Source of the DNA: a plasmid
DNA: 64,000 nucleotides
Sequence record: NZ_CP070571.1
Reading direction: 5' to 3' (one strand)
The notes beneath the pieces were generated by a model. The model saw only the letters and a list, made by a program, of their open reading frames with translations, ran no database searches and was not told the origin of the DNA. Made by a program: the position numbers and the translations under genes. Below are positions 43,007 through 52,215 of this stretch, one piece after another (the first letter of the stretch is position 1; each line of letters begins with the position of its first letter).

Positions 43007-45637
43007 TCACGCTGCGAGTACAGATTTCCAGTAGGGTTCGAGCCATTTATCAGGATTATCATCCCCAATTTGCTCAATAATTTTCGCCAGTGTTTCGGCG
43101 TTTTGGGTTTCCCCTGACAGGATGCTAAGGATCTTATCCAGCTTCCTGAAGTTCTCCGGCGTCTTAACGCGCGGGGCCAGATTGAATTGCGCCATCGCGC
43201 TTTGACTGCCTTGTTTCACCAGGAACTGGCGGGAGTTCTCAGGAATAGACAGCAGCGCTTCAAACTCTGCCGGTGTCAGTTTGAGGCGAGTAACGTAGTC
43301 CTCATAATCCGCATCCGGGTTTTCCAGAAGAATTTTCGTTACGCACTGCTGCATGATGGTTTTACCAATGGAGCTATCCAGCGCATCGTTCGGCTCTTGC
43401 GTGGAGAATACGTAAACCGCATCTTTCTTACGGTCTGTTTTAAGGCCACGTTTGACTTCCACGCTCATAATTGGGTCGTCAAGGTACTGGTGAAACTCAT
43501 CGAATACCTGAATCACCCGGCGACGGCCATCAATAGACTGACGCACACGGAAATTGAGATACATCAGGAGCGGAGTACGTGTTGCAGGAGGGATCTCATT
43601 ATCTGCAACAATGAAATCTGTCAGGTCAAAGCCGTAGACATCGTATTCACCGAGATTCAGTGAATCCGAATCGTTATCGAACAACCAACCGTTTTCATGG
43701 CCGCGAGTCCACGGAACAAGCAATGAGGCCAGTGTTTGCTTACTGCCCGCTGTTTGATATGGATTCGGCATCTGCTGAATTAACATATCCACGGTGCGTA
43801 AATCTGTCGGAATGAGGGAGTTCTCATCCATCAAAGCATCGACGGCGCGGTTAAGGTCATTAACCTGATCAGCATCGAGTACGCTGCCTTTGGTAATTTC
43901 GGCGCACAGGCGCATCAGGCGCTTACAAAATGCAATGTTAACTTTGGTGCCAAGCATCTGTAGAGGTGCCCACCCGGAAGCAACACCTTCTTTCAGAACC
44001 GTGTAGTGACCGTGTAACGCTTTAATCATCGGCATCATGCCCTGATCGCGGTCAAAGGCAAAAATGCGCGGGTTATACTTCATCGCTTGCGTCAGCAGGA
44101 AGTTAAGCAGCGTAGTTTTACCTGCCCCCGAACGGCCAAGCATTAACGTATGCGCCAGCGGTCGCTTACCGAAAGACATTTCATCTTCTGGCGTTACATG
44201 CAAGTTCATATACAGCGGCGTATTTGCCACCGTTTTGAACAGCGTCAGCGCTGGCCCCCACGGGTTATTATTTGCTTTCCCGGACATAAAATTATGGAAG
44301 GGGGAGAAGCAAAGAAAATTCCAGCTATTCAGCGGGCAAGGTCGTGGCGACAGGTGTTGATTAGCCGGAAGTTTTGCATAATATGCCGCTTCTGAAGCTA
44401 ACCCTACCTGGCTGGCAATCAGCCCGCAGTTGTTCAGCATATTTCTGGCAACACCAGCGTTTGAACGGGCCTCTTTAAGAGTCTTGCCAAAGGTGTGAAC
44501 CGTCAGGTGATGCCAGCCCATGATAAAGGTACGTGAAACAACGCCATCAACGGCGTCACTCATCTGGTTTATCTGCGTAAAGGATGGATCGCCTGTTTCC
44601 AGCAGTGCTTTTTGCTGGTTAGTGAGATAAGTTCTTGCCGCTTGCTGGGACATACAGCAATACGTTTGCGTTAACACAAACTCAAACGGTGCTTCCATCA
44701 GGATATTGATCTGACCCGGCTCAGTATCGGAATCGTAATCCCGGATTTCAACGGCAGACGTATAGCGGCGTTCGTCAGTACCGCGAATCTCGATACCATC
44801 CCCCCAAAATGAAGAAGTTGGGCGAGTAGTAGCCAAATATTCACGGATTCGGCCACGACAAACCGGCACTGGTGCCCACTCGCCATTGACGAGGTAATAG
44901 AGCCACTCCAGCGCTTTAGAATAGGTGTGTTGAGTACCACTAAAGACTTCTTTATCTTCCTGAACGTCCTGATATTCCACATCGGCCAGCAAATCTTCAC
45001 GCAGATCGATAATATCCTCATCATCTTCTGCATCATCTTTTTTCTGTTCAGGAATGACGTTCCCCCGTTTGTCACGGAAGTAGTAGCCTAAGCGGTCAAT
45101 GCCATAAGGACGCAGGGAGTTCATGACCTGCTCACAAATATCTTCCAGCGCACTAATAGCATCAGTCTGCATTTCGCGCAGCTCGTTAGCCGATGGCTTA
45201 TCAAACTTTGCCAGCATCTTTTGAGCCGCATCCCCCACAGGGTTATAAACAACCGTCAGGTACAGGTCATTGACCATCATGGGAGTATCATCAAACTGAT
45301 CACGATAATATTCATTCACCATGCGCGGGAACGTCATATTGTAATGCGTATCAGGATAATTATTAATTTCGCGGTGGTGTAAGTGAGTCCATAATTTCAC
45401 ATGCTCACTACCAATCCCTTTTAAAAGTTGGTTCAAATCAGCATGCCACTTAATCAGTTCTGCATCAGAGGCACAATCATGGGTTCGCCCACGAATTTTA
45501 AATATAGAAAGGTATTCCCCATTTACCGTACTGATAACATGGGGCGTTACATGGTAGGAGTAAGGAATATATTTCAAAGAGGAAGGTTCTTTTTTAAAAT
45601 CTTTCACCCCCCTTTTTTTCATTTCCGCTACGGCCAT
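43007..45637 (-). CDS. virB4: VirB4-family T4SS ATPase
   Basis: 876 aa. Walker A GRSGAGKTTLL. Confidence 0.9.
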   Translation of the reverse strand: MAVAEMKKRGVKDFKKEPSSLKYIPYSYHVTPHVISTVNGEYLSIFKIRGRTHDCASDAELIKWHADLNQLLKGIGSEHVKLWTHLHHREINNYPDTHYNMTFPRMVNEYYRDQFDDTPMMVNDLYLTVVYNPVGDAAQKMLAKFDKPSANELREMQTDAISALEDICEQVMNSLRPYGIDRLGYYFRDKRGNVIPEQKKDDAEDDEDIIDLREDLLADVEYQDVQEDKEVFSGTQHTYSKALEWLYYLVNGEWAPVPVCRGRIREYLATTRPTSSFWGDGIEIRGTDERRYTSAVEIRDYDSDTEPGQINILMEAPFEFVLTQTYCCMSQQAARTYLTNQQKALLETGDPSFTQINQMSDAVDGVVSRTFIMGWHHLTVHTFGKTLKEARSNAGVARNMLNNCGLIASQVGLASEAAYYAKLPANQHLSPRPCPLNSWNFLCFSPFHNFMSGKANNNPWGPALTLFKTVANTPLYMNLHVTPEDEMSFGKRPLAHTLMLGRSGAGKTTLLNFLLTQAMKYNPRIFAFDRDQGMMPMIKALHGHYTVLKEGVASGWAPLQMLGTKVNIAFCKRLMRLCAEITKGSVLDADQVNDLNRAVDALMDENSLIPTDLRTVDMLIQQMPNPYQTAGSKQTLASLLVPWTRGHENGWLFDNDSDSLNLGEYDVYGFDLTDFIVADNEIPPATRTPLLMYLNFRVRQSIDGRRRVIQVFDEFHQYLDDPIMSVEVKRGLKTDRKKDAVYVFSTQEPNDALDSSIGKTIMQQCVTKILLENPDADYEDYVTRLKLTPAEFEALLSIPENSRQFLVKQGSQSAMAQFNLAPRVKTPENFRKLDKILSILSGETQNAETLAKIIEQIGDDNPDKWLEPYWKSVLAA

Positions 45638-45951
45638 TATTTTTTATCTCCATAATCAGTAGGTGAGTAACTAGAGCCGCCCCATAACTTAGTAAACGGG
45701 GAGTTAATCATATTTAGCCCTTTCGTCATGATAGCCAGCCATATAATACGAAACATACGGTCATCATGTTTGCTGATACAAAACTCAATAAACCACAGCA
45801 AGCCAAAAAGAACTACGGCCCAAAGATGGATCGTCATAAATAACGTCGCACAAAATATGAAGGTGGCAATAATTACTGTTCGCGGAACACCGGCAAATGT
45901 CGGCAGTCGCGTAGCGCCTTTAAATAACGGATATTTACCGGATAAATTCAT
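45637..45951 (-). CDS. virB3: VirB3-family T4SS protein
   Basis: 104 aa, 2 TM. Confidence 0.8.
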   Translation of the reverse strand: MNLSGKYPLFKGATRLPTFAGVPRTVIIATFIFCATLFMTIHLWAVVLFGLLWFIEFCISKHDDRMFRIIWLAIMTKGLNMINSPFTKLWGGSSYSPTDYGDKK

Positions 45952-46000
45952 CGTTTCCTCCCGTCAGATACGGGCCGGGGGATACCCCCGGCGAACCTTC

Positions 46001-46291
46001 TTAACTCAGCCCGAACAGGCCAACAAGATAAGACGCGGAACCGACAACAATCAGACCGACAACAATACGAACCGCCCAGCTCGCCGGGAGCATATGAGCG
46101 ATCCATGCGATAGCACTCACGATGATAAGAACGGTGGCCGCAATTGGAATCCACGTCATCATCCAAGACTGAACAGAACTCAGGGATGATTCACCGGTAT
46201 CTGCACCGGCGGCCAGCGCCAGCTCAGGAACACACAGAGCAACCATCATGAACATTGCCACCGGGAAAAAACGTTTAATCGCTGTATTCAT
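46001..46291 (-). CDS. virB2: VirB2-family pilin
   Basis: 96 aa, signal-like N-terminus, two hydrophobic helices. Confidence 0.8.
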   Translation of the reverse strand: MNTAIKRFFPVAMFMMVALCVPELALAAGADTGESSLSSVQSWMMTWIPIAATVLIIVSAIAWIAHMLPASWAVRIVVGLIVVGSASYLVGLFGLS

Positions 46292-46592
46292 CTTTTTCTA
46301 ACACTCCATCATCAGGAAAAATAAAATCAGGCTCATCCAGGAAAAGCCCCACTTCTCTTGCATTAAAATCGTCTCTCAGCATGTCGGCCAGTATCCTCAG
46401 ATCGGCCCACGTTCTAACCCCCTCTCCAGACTGAACTCGCAGGGAGCAAGTGATTACCCCCCCTTCACTATTTTTCACATCAAAAAGCGGTATCCATTTC
46501 TTTTTATCCATCCGTTGAATAGCGATCCGAACAACTTTATTTTGATTGAATACTTCTTCTAACTGCTTCAACAAGATGAGATAAACGCGCAT
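46275..46592 (-). CDS. hypothetical protein in the korA position of IncN-type tra operons
   Basis: 105-aa ORF between virB1 and virB2. Function not recognisable from sequence. Confidence 0.45.
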   Translation of the reverse strand: MRVYLILLKQLEEVFNQNKVVRIAIQRMDKKKWIPLFDVKNSEGGVITCSLRVQSGEGVRTWADLRILADMLRDDFNAREVGLFLDEPDFIFPDDGVLEKDEYSD

Positions 46593-46614
46593 CTAAACTG
46601 ACTCCTGTTACTCC

Positions 46615-47355
46615 CTACTTCTGCCGAAAAGCGTCACCATCAGATGCACCAAAAGCGTCTTTATCCGAGCCACCAAAGGCATCAGTCATACCGGCGTCTT
46701 TTGGTTGTTCTTCACCATCAGCAGCATCTACCGGCACAGCATCTATAGCTGTATCAACACTTTCCACATCAGTGGAGCCATCATCGGCTTTCAGAGCAGG
46801 GATTACGGGTTTTGATTGCCCAATTTGAGCAACCACCTTTGAAACATAACCGTTTGTAAATCCGGCGGTTAGTGAACCCGTATTATAACAAGATAAAGCG
46901 TGTCTCAAAGCTGACTGCCCCGGCGCATATTCTTTTGTTGCGAGCTGGTAGCAGTAATTAAGAACGTATTGAGCAGCTTCGAGATTTTTACAACCGTTAA
47001 ACAAATCTGCGGCAGAAACATTCAATTTTGGGAAATTCGCAGAGTTGATTTGCCCTAAACCTACGTCAAAGTTATAACCATGAGCCGTTAGCCATTTTGT
47101 CGTTTTAACAGCTTCATCCAGGGAGCGCGGTTGTCTGGCTAACGGTGATTTTGTTCCTTTAGGAACGTTGACGTTTATCGCGTATGGGTTGTTGCGCGAT
47201 TCATGGCTAACCAGGTACCCAATAGTTAAAGGATGCACTTCTGGCGCACAACGTTTTGCCAGAGCCATAACCGGCGCAGACAGTTCCGCATTTGCGGGTG
47301 TGGCATCCAAAAGGCCAGCAATCAACAGTGGGAAAAGGGCAACAACCTGCTTCAT
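46615..47355 (-). CDS. virB1: VirB1-family lytic transglycosylase
   Basis: 246 aa. Signal peptide. SLT motif HESRNNPYAINVN. Confidence 0.85.
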   Translation of the reverse strand: MKQVVALFPLLIAGLLDATPANAELSAPVMALAKRCAPEVHPLTIGYLVSHESRNNPYAINVNVPKGTKSPLARQPRSLDEAVKTTKWLTAHGYNFDVGLGQINSANFPKLNVSAADLFNGCKNLEAAQYVLNYCYQLATKEYAPGQSALRHALSCYNTGSLTAGFTNGYVSKVVAQIGQSKPVIPALKADDGSTDVESVDTAIDAVPVDAADGEEQPKDAGMTDAFGGSDKDAFGASDGDAFRQK

Positions 47356-47417
47356 CTCTTTTTTCCTTGAAATTGCAATTTCAATGATTAACTAGTATAG
47401 TAAAGGTAAATTCGAAC

Positions 47418-47654
47418 ATGTCAAGACAAGATGAAAAGAAGCACAAAACAGAGCAGGAGCGCGAAACATCAGTGCCTAAAAGAAAAATCATATTCGTACC
47501 CTTGCAGTCAGAAAAGAGCCCCAAAGGGGAGCCTCGCTACCGAGATCCAGCCAATCCATTTAACACATGGGTTGGAAGGGGAAAGCGCCCTGACTGGCTA
47601 AAAAAATATCTTGACGAAGGCCGCGAGCTTTCGGAGTTTGAGATCGTAGAATAA
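47418..47654 (+). CDS. small H-NS C-terminal-domain-like DNA-binding protein (korB-position regulator)
   Basis: 78 aa. NTWVGRGKRPDWLKKY resembles the H-NS TWTGQGRTPKW DNA-binding motif. Divergent from the tra operon. Confidence 0.5.
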   Translation: MSRQDEKKHKTEQERETSVPKRKIIFVPLQSEKSPKGEPRYRDPANPFNTWVGRGKRPDWLKKYLDEGRELSEFEIVE

Positions 47655-47665
47655 GGAGCTGACGG

Positions 47666-48103
47666 ATGAGTAAAATTATTGATTTTCCTACCGGAAAAAA
47701 GAGGGAGAAAAGGGCCAAAGCGATCCGAGCGCGTCGTAATAAAGAAGCGCAGCAGCGGAGCGAAATAACCCCCTCCCAATTTTGGTGGGTTAAGAAAATA
47801 AAGTTACTCACCGTGATTAAACAGTCGGCACGTTTTCTCTTAATATATTTAGGGTTATTAACTGCCGACATCCTTATCTATCTCCTTTTTATTCTAGGAA
47901 AATTCCTAAAATTCTTTACGATGATTGGTATCATCGCGGTGCTTCTGTTTCTGGTCGTGGAATATAGGAATGATTGGCATTATACGCAATCTGCATTCCA
48001 TGCCGCAGCAATATTTGTTGGCCTGATCGCCCTGCGCATCGGGCATGACAAACTACTGAATGGCCTAATAAGGCTTAAATCCTATCTATCCAGAAAAGGG
48101 TGA
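47666..48103 (+). CDS. hypothetical inner-membrane protein with basic N-terminus
   Basis: 145 aa, 3 predicted TM. Confidence 0.5.
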   Translation: MSKIIDFPTGKKREKRAKAIRARRNKEAQQRSEITPSQFWWVKKIKLLTVIKQSARFLLIYLGLLTADILIYLLFILGKFLKFFTMIGIIAVLLFLVVEYRNDWHYTQSAFHAAAIFVGLIALRIGHDKLLNGLIRLKSYLSRKG

Positions 48104-48426
48104 TAACAATGCGGAAGATAATAATTGCATCCGTGGTGATACTGGCATCGTCTTATTCAGTTGCCAGCTTCGCAAAAGATCCTTGCAAGACATTAGCTTG
48201 CATGGCTGCGAAATCAGGTGGTGAATTTGGGAGTATTGGCGATAGTGATTGCTCTGGTGCTATCGCTGACTTCTTCAATATCGTGAAGAAAAACAAGCAT
48301 GGTTTCCTTCCTAATCACACAGCAGATGCGCGTAAAGAATTTCTTATGGAATGCTCAGGCGCGGAGCAAAACACCGCCGCTGTTAGCAGGGTTATTTCAA
48401 TGTTTGGACGTATCAGGAAAGGTTAA
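48100..48426 (+). CDS. hypothetical exported Cys-containing protein
   Basis: 108 aa. Signal peptide MRKIIIASVVILASSYSVASFA. Confidence 0.5.
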   Translation: MITMRKIIIASVVILASSYSVASFAKDPCKTLACMAAKSGGEFGSIGDSDCSGAIADFFNIVKKNKHGFLPNHTADARKEFLMECSGAEQNTAAVSRVISMFGRIRKG

Positions 48427-48428
48427 AT

Positions 48429-48743
48429 ATGAAAACTAAAAGCATCATCTTCACCGCAGCCCTCTTACTGACCGGCTGCGCCAGCCAGTCACAAGTTGAC
48501 CAGTTAACCAAGCAGGTGAATACGCTTAAAACAGATTTGTACAACCTACAGATTCAACAGCGTAATGATACACAGGCACTTCAGCGCGAAGTACAGAAAT
48601 CGCGCCCCATCGGGGTTTGCTATCTTGACGGCCAACCCTACTCACAAGGAGCGGTTATTGCTGGCCGCATTTGTGCCAGCAATGGCGTTATCGTCAATGG
48701 CAAACCTACAGAAGTTTCATGGCAGGTTTATCACCGCCGCTAA
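48429..48743 (+). CDS. 104-aa lipoprotein with coiled-coil (possible kikA ORF104-like)
   Basis: MKTKSIIFTAALLLTGCASQ lipobox. The size matches my memory of the IncN kikA ORF104 (unverified). Confidence 0.45.
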   Translation: MKTKSIIFTAALLLTGCASQSQVDQLTKQVNTLKTDLYNLQIQQRNDTQALQREVQKSRPIGVCYLDGQPYSQGAVIAGRICASNGVIVNGKPTEVSWQVYHRR

Positions 48744-48790
48744 CAACGCGCGTTCGGGGCTTCGGCCCCGTTTTTTATGGTACAGGTAGC

Positions 48791-49444
48791 ATGGATATAC
48801 TTTCCCTTTTCCCTTCTAACGTAATCGCATTGTGGGCCGTGTCATTTGGTTTTCTGGCCGTCCTGTATTGGTGGAAGATCACCGCCAGAAAACGCAGACA
48901 CAAACGCAAGCAGCAACAAGCCCGGCGTGTACTCGCAAAAATTCAGACCCTACCGGCGTTCGGCTACAAGATCGCGTATCTCAGGAAGATAGACCCTTTC
49001 ACCTTTGAAGAACTGTTAATGGAGGGCTTCGAATCGCATGGCTTCAGAACTATCAGAAACAAACGCTATACCGGTGATGGAGGCATTGACGGCCAGGTAA
49101 TAATCGGCAAGCATCGTTATCTCATCCAGGCCAAACGCTATCGCGGCCACATTGCTTTACAGCACGTTCAAGAGTTCGATAAGTTGCTTAAACGACATAA
49201 CTGTCGCGGTTTGTTTTGCCATACCGGAAAAACCGGCGCAGGTTCAAAAGCTGTTAGCTTCGCCAGTGATCGGATGGAGATTATCAGCGGCCAGCGCCTG
49301 ATTGATTTACTCACGCCCGGCAGCTCCTTTACCATCGCGACCGCACCGCAGACAATGATGAGGCGTACCGCAGCAACGCGAGGAACGAACACCATTGTCG
49401 AGGAAGCGGATAAAAAGACAACCGATAGCATGAGAGTTAATTAA
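48791..49444 (+). CDS. Mrr-cat (PD-(D/E)xK) restriction-endonuclease-like domain protein with N-terminal TM anchor
   Basis: Start at MDILSLFPSNVIALWAVSFGFLAVLYWW. Motif GDGGIDGQVIIG...LIQAKRY. Confidence 0.6.
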   Translation: MDILSLFPSNVIALWAVSFGFLAVLYWWKITARKRRHKRKQQQARRVLAKIQTLPAFGYKIAYLRKIDPFTFEELLMEGFESHGFRTIRNKRYTGDGGIDGQVIIGKHRYLIQAKRYRGHIALQHVQEFDKLLKRHNCRGLFCHTGKTGAGSKAVSFASDRMEIISGQRLIDLLTPGSSFTIATAPQTMMRRTAATRGTNTIVEEADKKTTDSMRVN

Positions 49445-49846
49445 ATGAAGTCAGTAACTATAGAAGCAAAAACTTTTGCTGAAATGTTGGGGATAACAGA
49501 AGGAGAGTTAATTTTCGCTATTAAAACAACTGGCACATTTAAAAACAAAACCATTCCACAACCTTATGAACCACATAAATCAAAGAATAGGTTTCTATAT
49601 TCTGACGTTATGAAATTCATCGAATCAACAAAAGAAAAAGAAAACCTTCAGAAAAGGTATTTGATGCACTTTCGTCGGTGCAGAACATTAGATACTCTTG
49701 AAAAGGTTTTCGAAAACTTACGCGACAAATTAGCAGGAAAAGAACTAGATGCAATGATGAGCGCCTCAGACCATCGCAGAGCCGAAATCACTCACAATAC
49801 TTTATGGGATAAAGTCCCCGCATCTGCATGGAAAAATGTAAAATAA
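49445..49846 (+). CDS. hypothetical protein, possible HTH (excisionase/MerR-like) partner, translationally coupled to the Mrr-like gene
   Basis: TAAATG overlap. N-terminal FAEMLGITEGELIFAIKTTGTF. AT-rich. Confidence 0.45.
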   Translation: MKSVTIEAKTFAEMLGITEGELIFAIKTTGTFKNKTIPQPYEPHKSKNRFLYSDVMKFIESTKEKENLQKRYLMHFRRCRTLDTLEKVFENLRDKLAGKELDAMMSASDHRRAEITHNTLWDKVPASAWKNVK

Positions 49847-49873
49847 AAAAAGCCCGCTAACGGGCTTTTTTTA
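49846..49873. terminator. bidirectional rho-independent terminator (aaaaaaagcccgctaacgggcttttttt)
   Basis: Perfect hairpin flanked by A-run and T-run, between convergent operons. Confidence 0.75.
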
Positions 49874-50308
49874 CTCACCACGACCATTCATACCATGAGT
49901 GATAGTTTCTATTTTTTTCAACTCTTCAAACTTCTTATCTTGCTTATAAAGATAAGCATTAATTTTCTTGCGATCATCCCGAACGGTAAGAAAACTTTTG
50001 CTGTTAAATAACCCCATAAAAAAGCTTCTAAAACCCTCATCATCAGCACTACGTTCGAAATAATCAAATATTAACGACGATGGAATAACCATCTTGCACT
50101 TCAAATACACACCGGTTAGTACAAAAAAAACCACGAAAGCAATCGCACACATAACCAGTTCGTTAAACTTATCTCCAATAGCAAAAAGAATAGTGAACGC
50201 AACTACATTTAAAATTTTAATCTTAAATCGCAATTTAGAATTAAAACGATCATGATTATTTATCTTTTCAAGTATCTGCTTCCCTAGAGATAATTCGCTA
50301 ATAGCCAT
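49871..50308 (-). CDS. hypothetical 2-TM membrane protein (145 aa), last gene of the mazEF-containing operon
   Basis: Start 8 nt after the mazF stop. AT-rich. Confidence 0.5.
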   Translation of the reverse strand: MAISELSLGKQILEKINNHDRFNSKLRFKIKILNVVAFTILFAIGDKFNELVMCAIAFVVFFVLTGVYLKCKMVIPSSLIFDYFERSADDEGFRSFFMGLFNSKSFLTVRDDRKKINAYLYKQDKKFEELKKIETITHGMNGRGE

Positions 50309-50316
50309 AATAGTAC

Positions 50317-50643
50317 CTATCCAATCAATACTTTTAATTTAGACCTGACCTCAGCCAACACAGCAGCAGACACTTTTCCTTTCTTAACTGCCCCCCGTTC
50401 ACGCCAATCAAGACTTTTCACCTGGTCAGCGAGTACAGCGCTCCCCTCTCCGTTCCGCACCTCGAATGGATAACCTTTTATTTTTGTTGTCATAGGGCAG
50501 CACAACAACAGCCCTATTCTTCCGTTATATACCGCAGGACTTAACACTAAAGCTGGTCTATGGCCCGCTTGTTCATGCCCGGCTTGCGGATCAAAATCCA
50601 TCCATACAATATCACCGGCATCAGGAATATAATCACGTTTCAT
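50317..50643 (-). CDS. mazF: MazF/PemK-family endoribonuclease toxin
   Basis: 108 aa, MKRDYIPDAGDIVWMDFDPQAGHEQAGHRPALVLSP...LADQVKSLDWRERGA. Alignable residue-for-residue with E. coli MazF by recall. Confidence 0.85.
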   Translation of the reverse strand: MKRDYIPDAGDIVWMDFDPQAGHEQAGHRPALVLSPAVYNGRIGLLLCCPMTTKIKGYPFEVRNGEGSAVLADQVKSLDWRERGAVKKGKVSAAVLAEVRSKLKVLIG

Positions 50644-50890
50644 TTTTTAGTCTCTTGCTGATATACCCAACCCATATAAATGTAATGATAAGCACCCCAC
50701 AAAAAATGAACATTATTGCAAACGGAGTTGTGTCAAGAAGAGATACAGCCTCAATACCACCAATAGAGATTGAGTTATCTTTAAATAATTTACTAAACCC
50801 TAACCAGATGGAATACAACCCAACACCAACCCAAATAAGAGCGCCTAAAAACTCCAGGTAGCTATAAATTTTTTTCAAAAAATTCAGCAT
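50633..50890 (-). CDS. hypothetical 2-TM small membrane protein (85 aa) encoded between mazE and mazF
   Basis: ORF starts 11 nt after the mazE stop and overlaps the mazF start by 11 nt. Two 20-aa hydrophobic helices. AT-rich, so chance ORF not excluded. Confidence 0.45.
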   Translation of the reverse strand: MLNFLKKIYSYLEFLGALIWVGVGLYSIWLGFSKLFKDNSISIGGIEAVSLLDTTPFAIMFIFCGVLIITFIWVGYISKRLKNET

Positions 50891-50901
50891 AACCCCTCCA
50901 A

Positions 50902-51147
50902 TTATAAAAGTTCTTTACCCACTGGAGATCCGAAAGAGATTTCCTCATGAATATTTTCGTTAGTAACACCGGCCATCAGAGCATCCAGTGAATACTCCTT
51001 CGTTTTAACGGGCACGATAGTAATTGCGCCATCCTCTACCGACAGCTCCACTACATCATCAACGTTCAACGAAGCAGCTTTGACAATCGCAGAAGGGAGG
51101 CGAACAGACGGGCTATTACCCCATTTTTTAATGATTACTTGAGTCAT
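50902..51147 (-). CDS. mazE: MazE/PemI-family antitoxin (AbrB/SpoVT fold)
   Basis: 81 aa, MTQVIIKKWGNSPSVRLPSAIVKAASLNVDDVVEL. Similar to E. coli MazE (VKRWGNSPAVRIPA). Confidence 0.85.
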   Translation of the reverse strand: MTQVIIKKWGNSPSVRLPSAIVKAASLNVDDVVELSVEDGAITIVPVKTKEYSLDALMAGVTNENIHEEISFGSPVGKELL

Positions 51148-51178
51148 GACATACCTCTCAATAAAAAAAGAAAACTAA

Positions 51179-51385
51179 TTAGCGACTCTTTAGGATGTAC
51201 CAGGCTTCTTTAGCTTCTGAAAGCGCCCAAACCCACGCCAGAGCCGATGCGATACACAATGCGGTCATATTCCCAAAGTGTCCCGGCGTGTATTCATGGC
51301 CGTGTAAAACAAGCCCAACCAGAGAAGCCACACTCATCACTATGAAAACAAGCCCAAACATGATGTGAAACATAAGGCCAAACAC
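51179..51385 (-). CDS. hypothetical small 2-TM membrane protein (68 aa), first gene of the operon
   Basis: ORF 31 nt upstream of mazE. The direct repeat CATTGTTGATAC x2 lies upstream. Confidence 0.45.
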   Translation of the reverse strand: MFGLMFHIMFGLVFIVMSVASLVGLVLHGHEYTPGHFGNMTALCIASALAWVWALSEAKEAWYILKSR

Positions 51386-51598
51386 TCATCACCTCTCGTA
51401 TCATCATTGTTGATACACCCAGTGTAGAGCCATCTCTTTAGCGTGTCAACATTGTTGATACGGATAGTGTCTCACAAACGATGATTTTTGTTACACCGCC
51501 CCCACCCCATCCAAAAATATCAAAATGGATGTTGTCAGTGTAACAAAACTCGTTACAATACTATGTGTAACAAAAACGGTGTAACAAAAGCAGGGCAT

Positions 51599-52183
51599 AT
51601 GAAAATAGGCTACGCCAGAAAGTCAACCAAAGAGCAAGACACATCCCTTGAGTATCAGATCGAGGCTTTACAAAAAGCTGGCTGCGAAAAATGGTATGCA
51701 GAGCAGGTATCGAGGGGCGGTAATAAGCGCCTGAAAACAGGTACACCAGAGTTGGAAAACTGTCTGAAAGCGCTTCGCGCCGGTGACACACTGGTAGTAT
51801 GGGCGCTAGACCGATTAGGTGGCACTCTCTTGCAGCTCTTGCAGCTCATGAATGAGCTACGCAGCAAAGGTATTCACTTTGAGAGCCTCAAAGAGCGCAT
51901 AGACACACAAAGCCCAATGGGTGAAATGTACTATTCCCTCATCGCTATTTTTTCCAATTTCGAGGTAGCCAGAAACCACGAAAGGACAATGGCCGGGCTT
52001 GCGGCCGCAAAGAAGAAAGGACGCATTGGCGGCAGAAAACCAAAGCTATCCCCACAGGACATTAAAGAAATTAACGCGCTTGTTAAATCGCCAGAAATTA
52101 CGGTAAAAGAGATCGCGGCACGTTTTAACGTTTCACGTCCAACGATTTACAGACATATTACCCCCGACAGCAATACTGATTAA
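51599..52183 (+). CDS. serine recombinase/resolvase (ResP-like)
   Basis: 194 aa from MKIGYARKSTKEQDTS (catalytic Ser). Upstream TGTAACAAAA repeats x4 suggest a res site. Confidence 0.8.
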   Translation: MKIGYARKSTKEQDTSLEYQIEALQKAGCEKWYAEQVSRGGNKRLKTGTPELENCLKALRAGDTLVVWALDRLGGTLLQLLQLMNELRSKGIHFESLKERIDTQSPMGEMYYSLIAIFSNFEVARNHERTMAGLAAAKKKGRIGGRKPKLSPQDIKEINALVKSPEITVKEIAARFNVSRPTIYRHITPDSNTD

Positions 52184-52215
52184 CCGGCGGCAAACGGTAG
52201 CGAAGGAGCGAAAAA

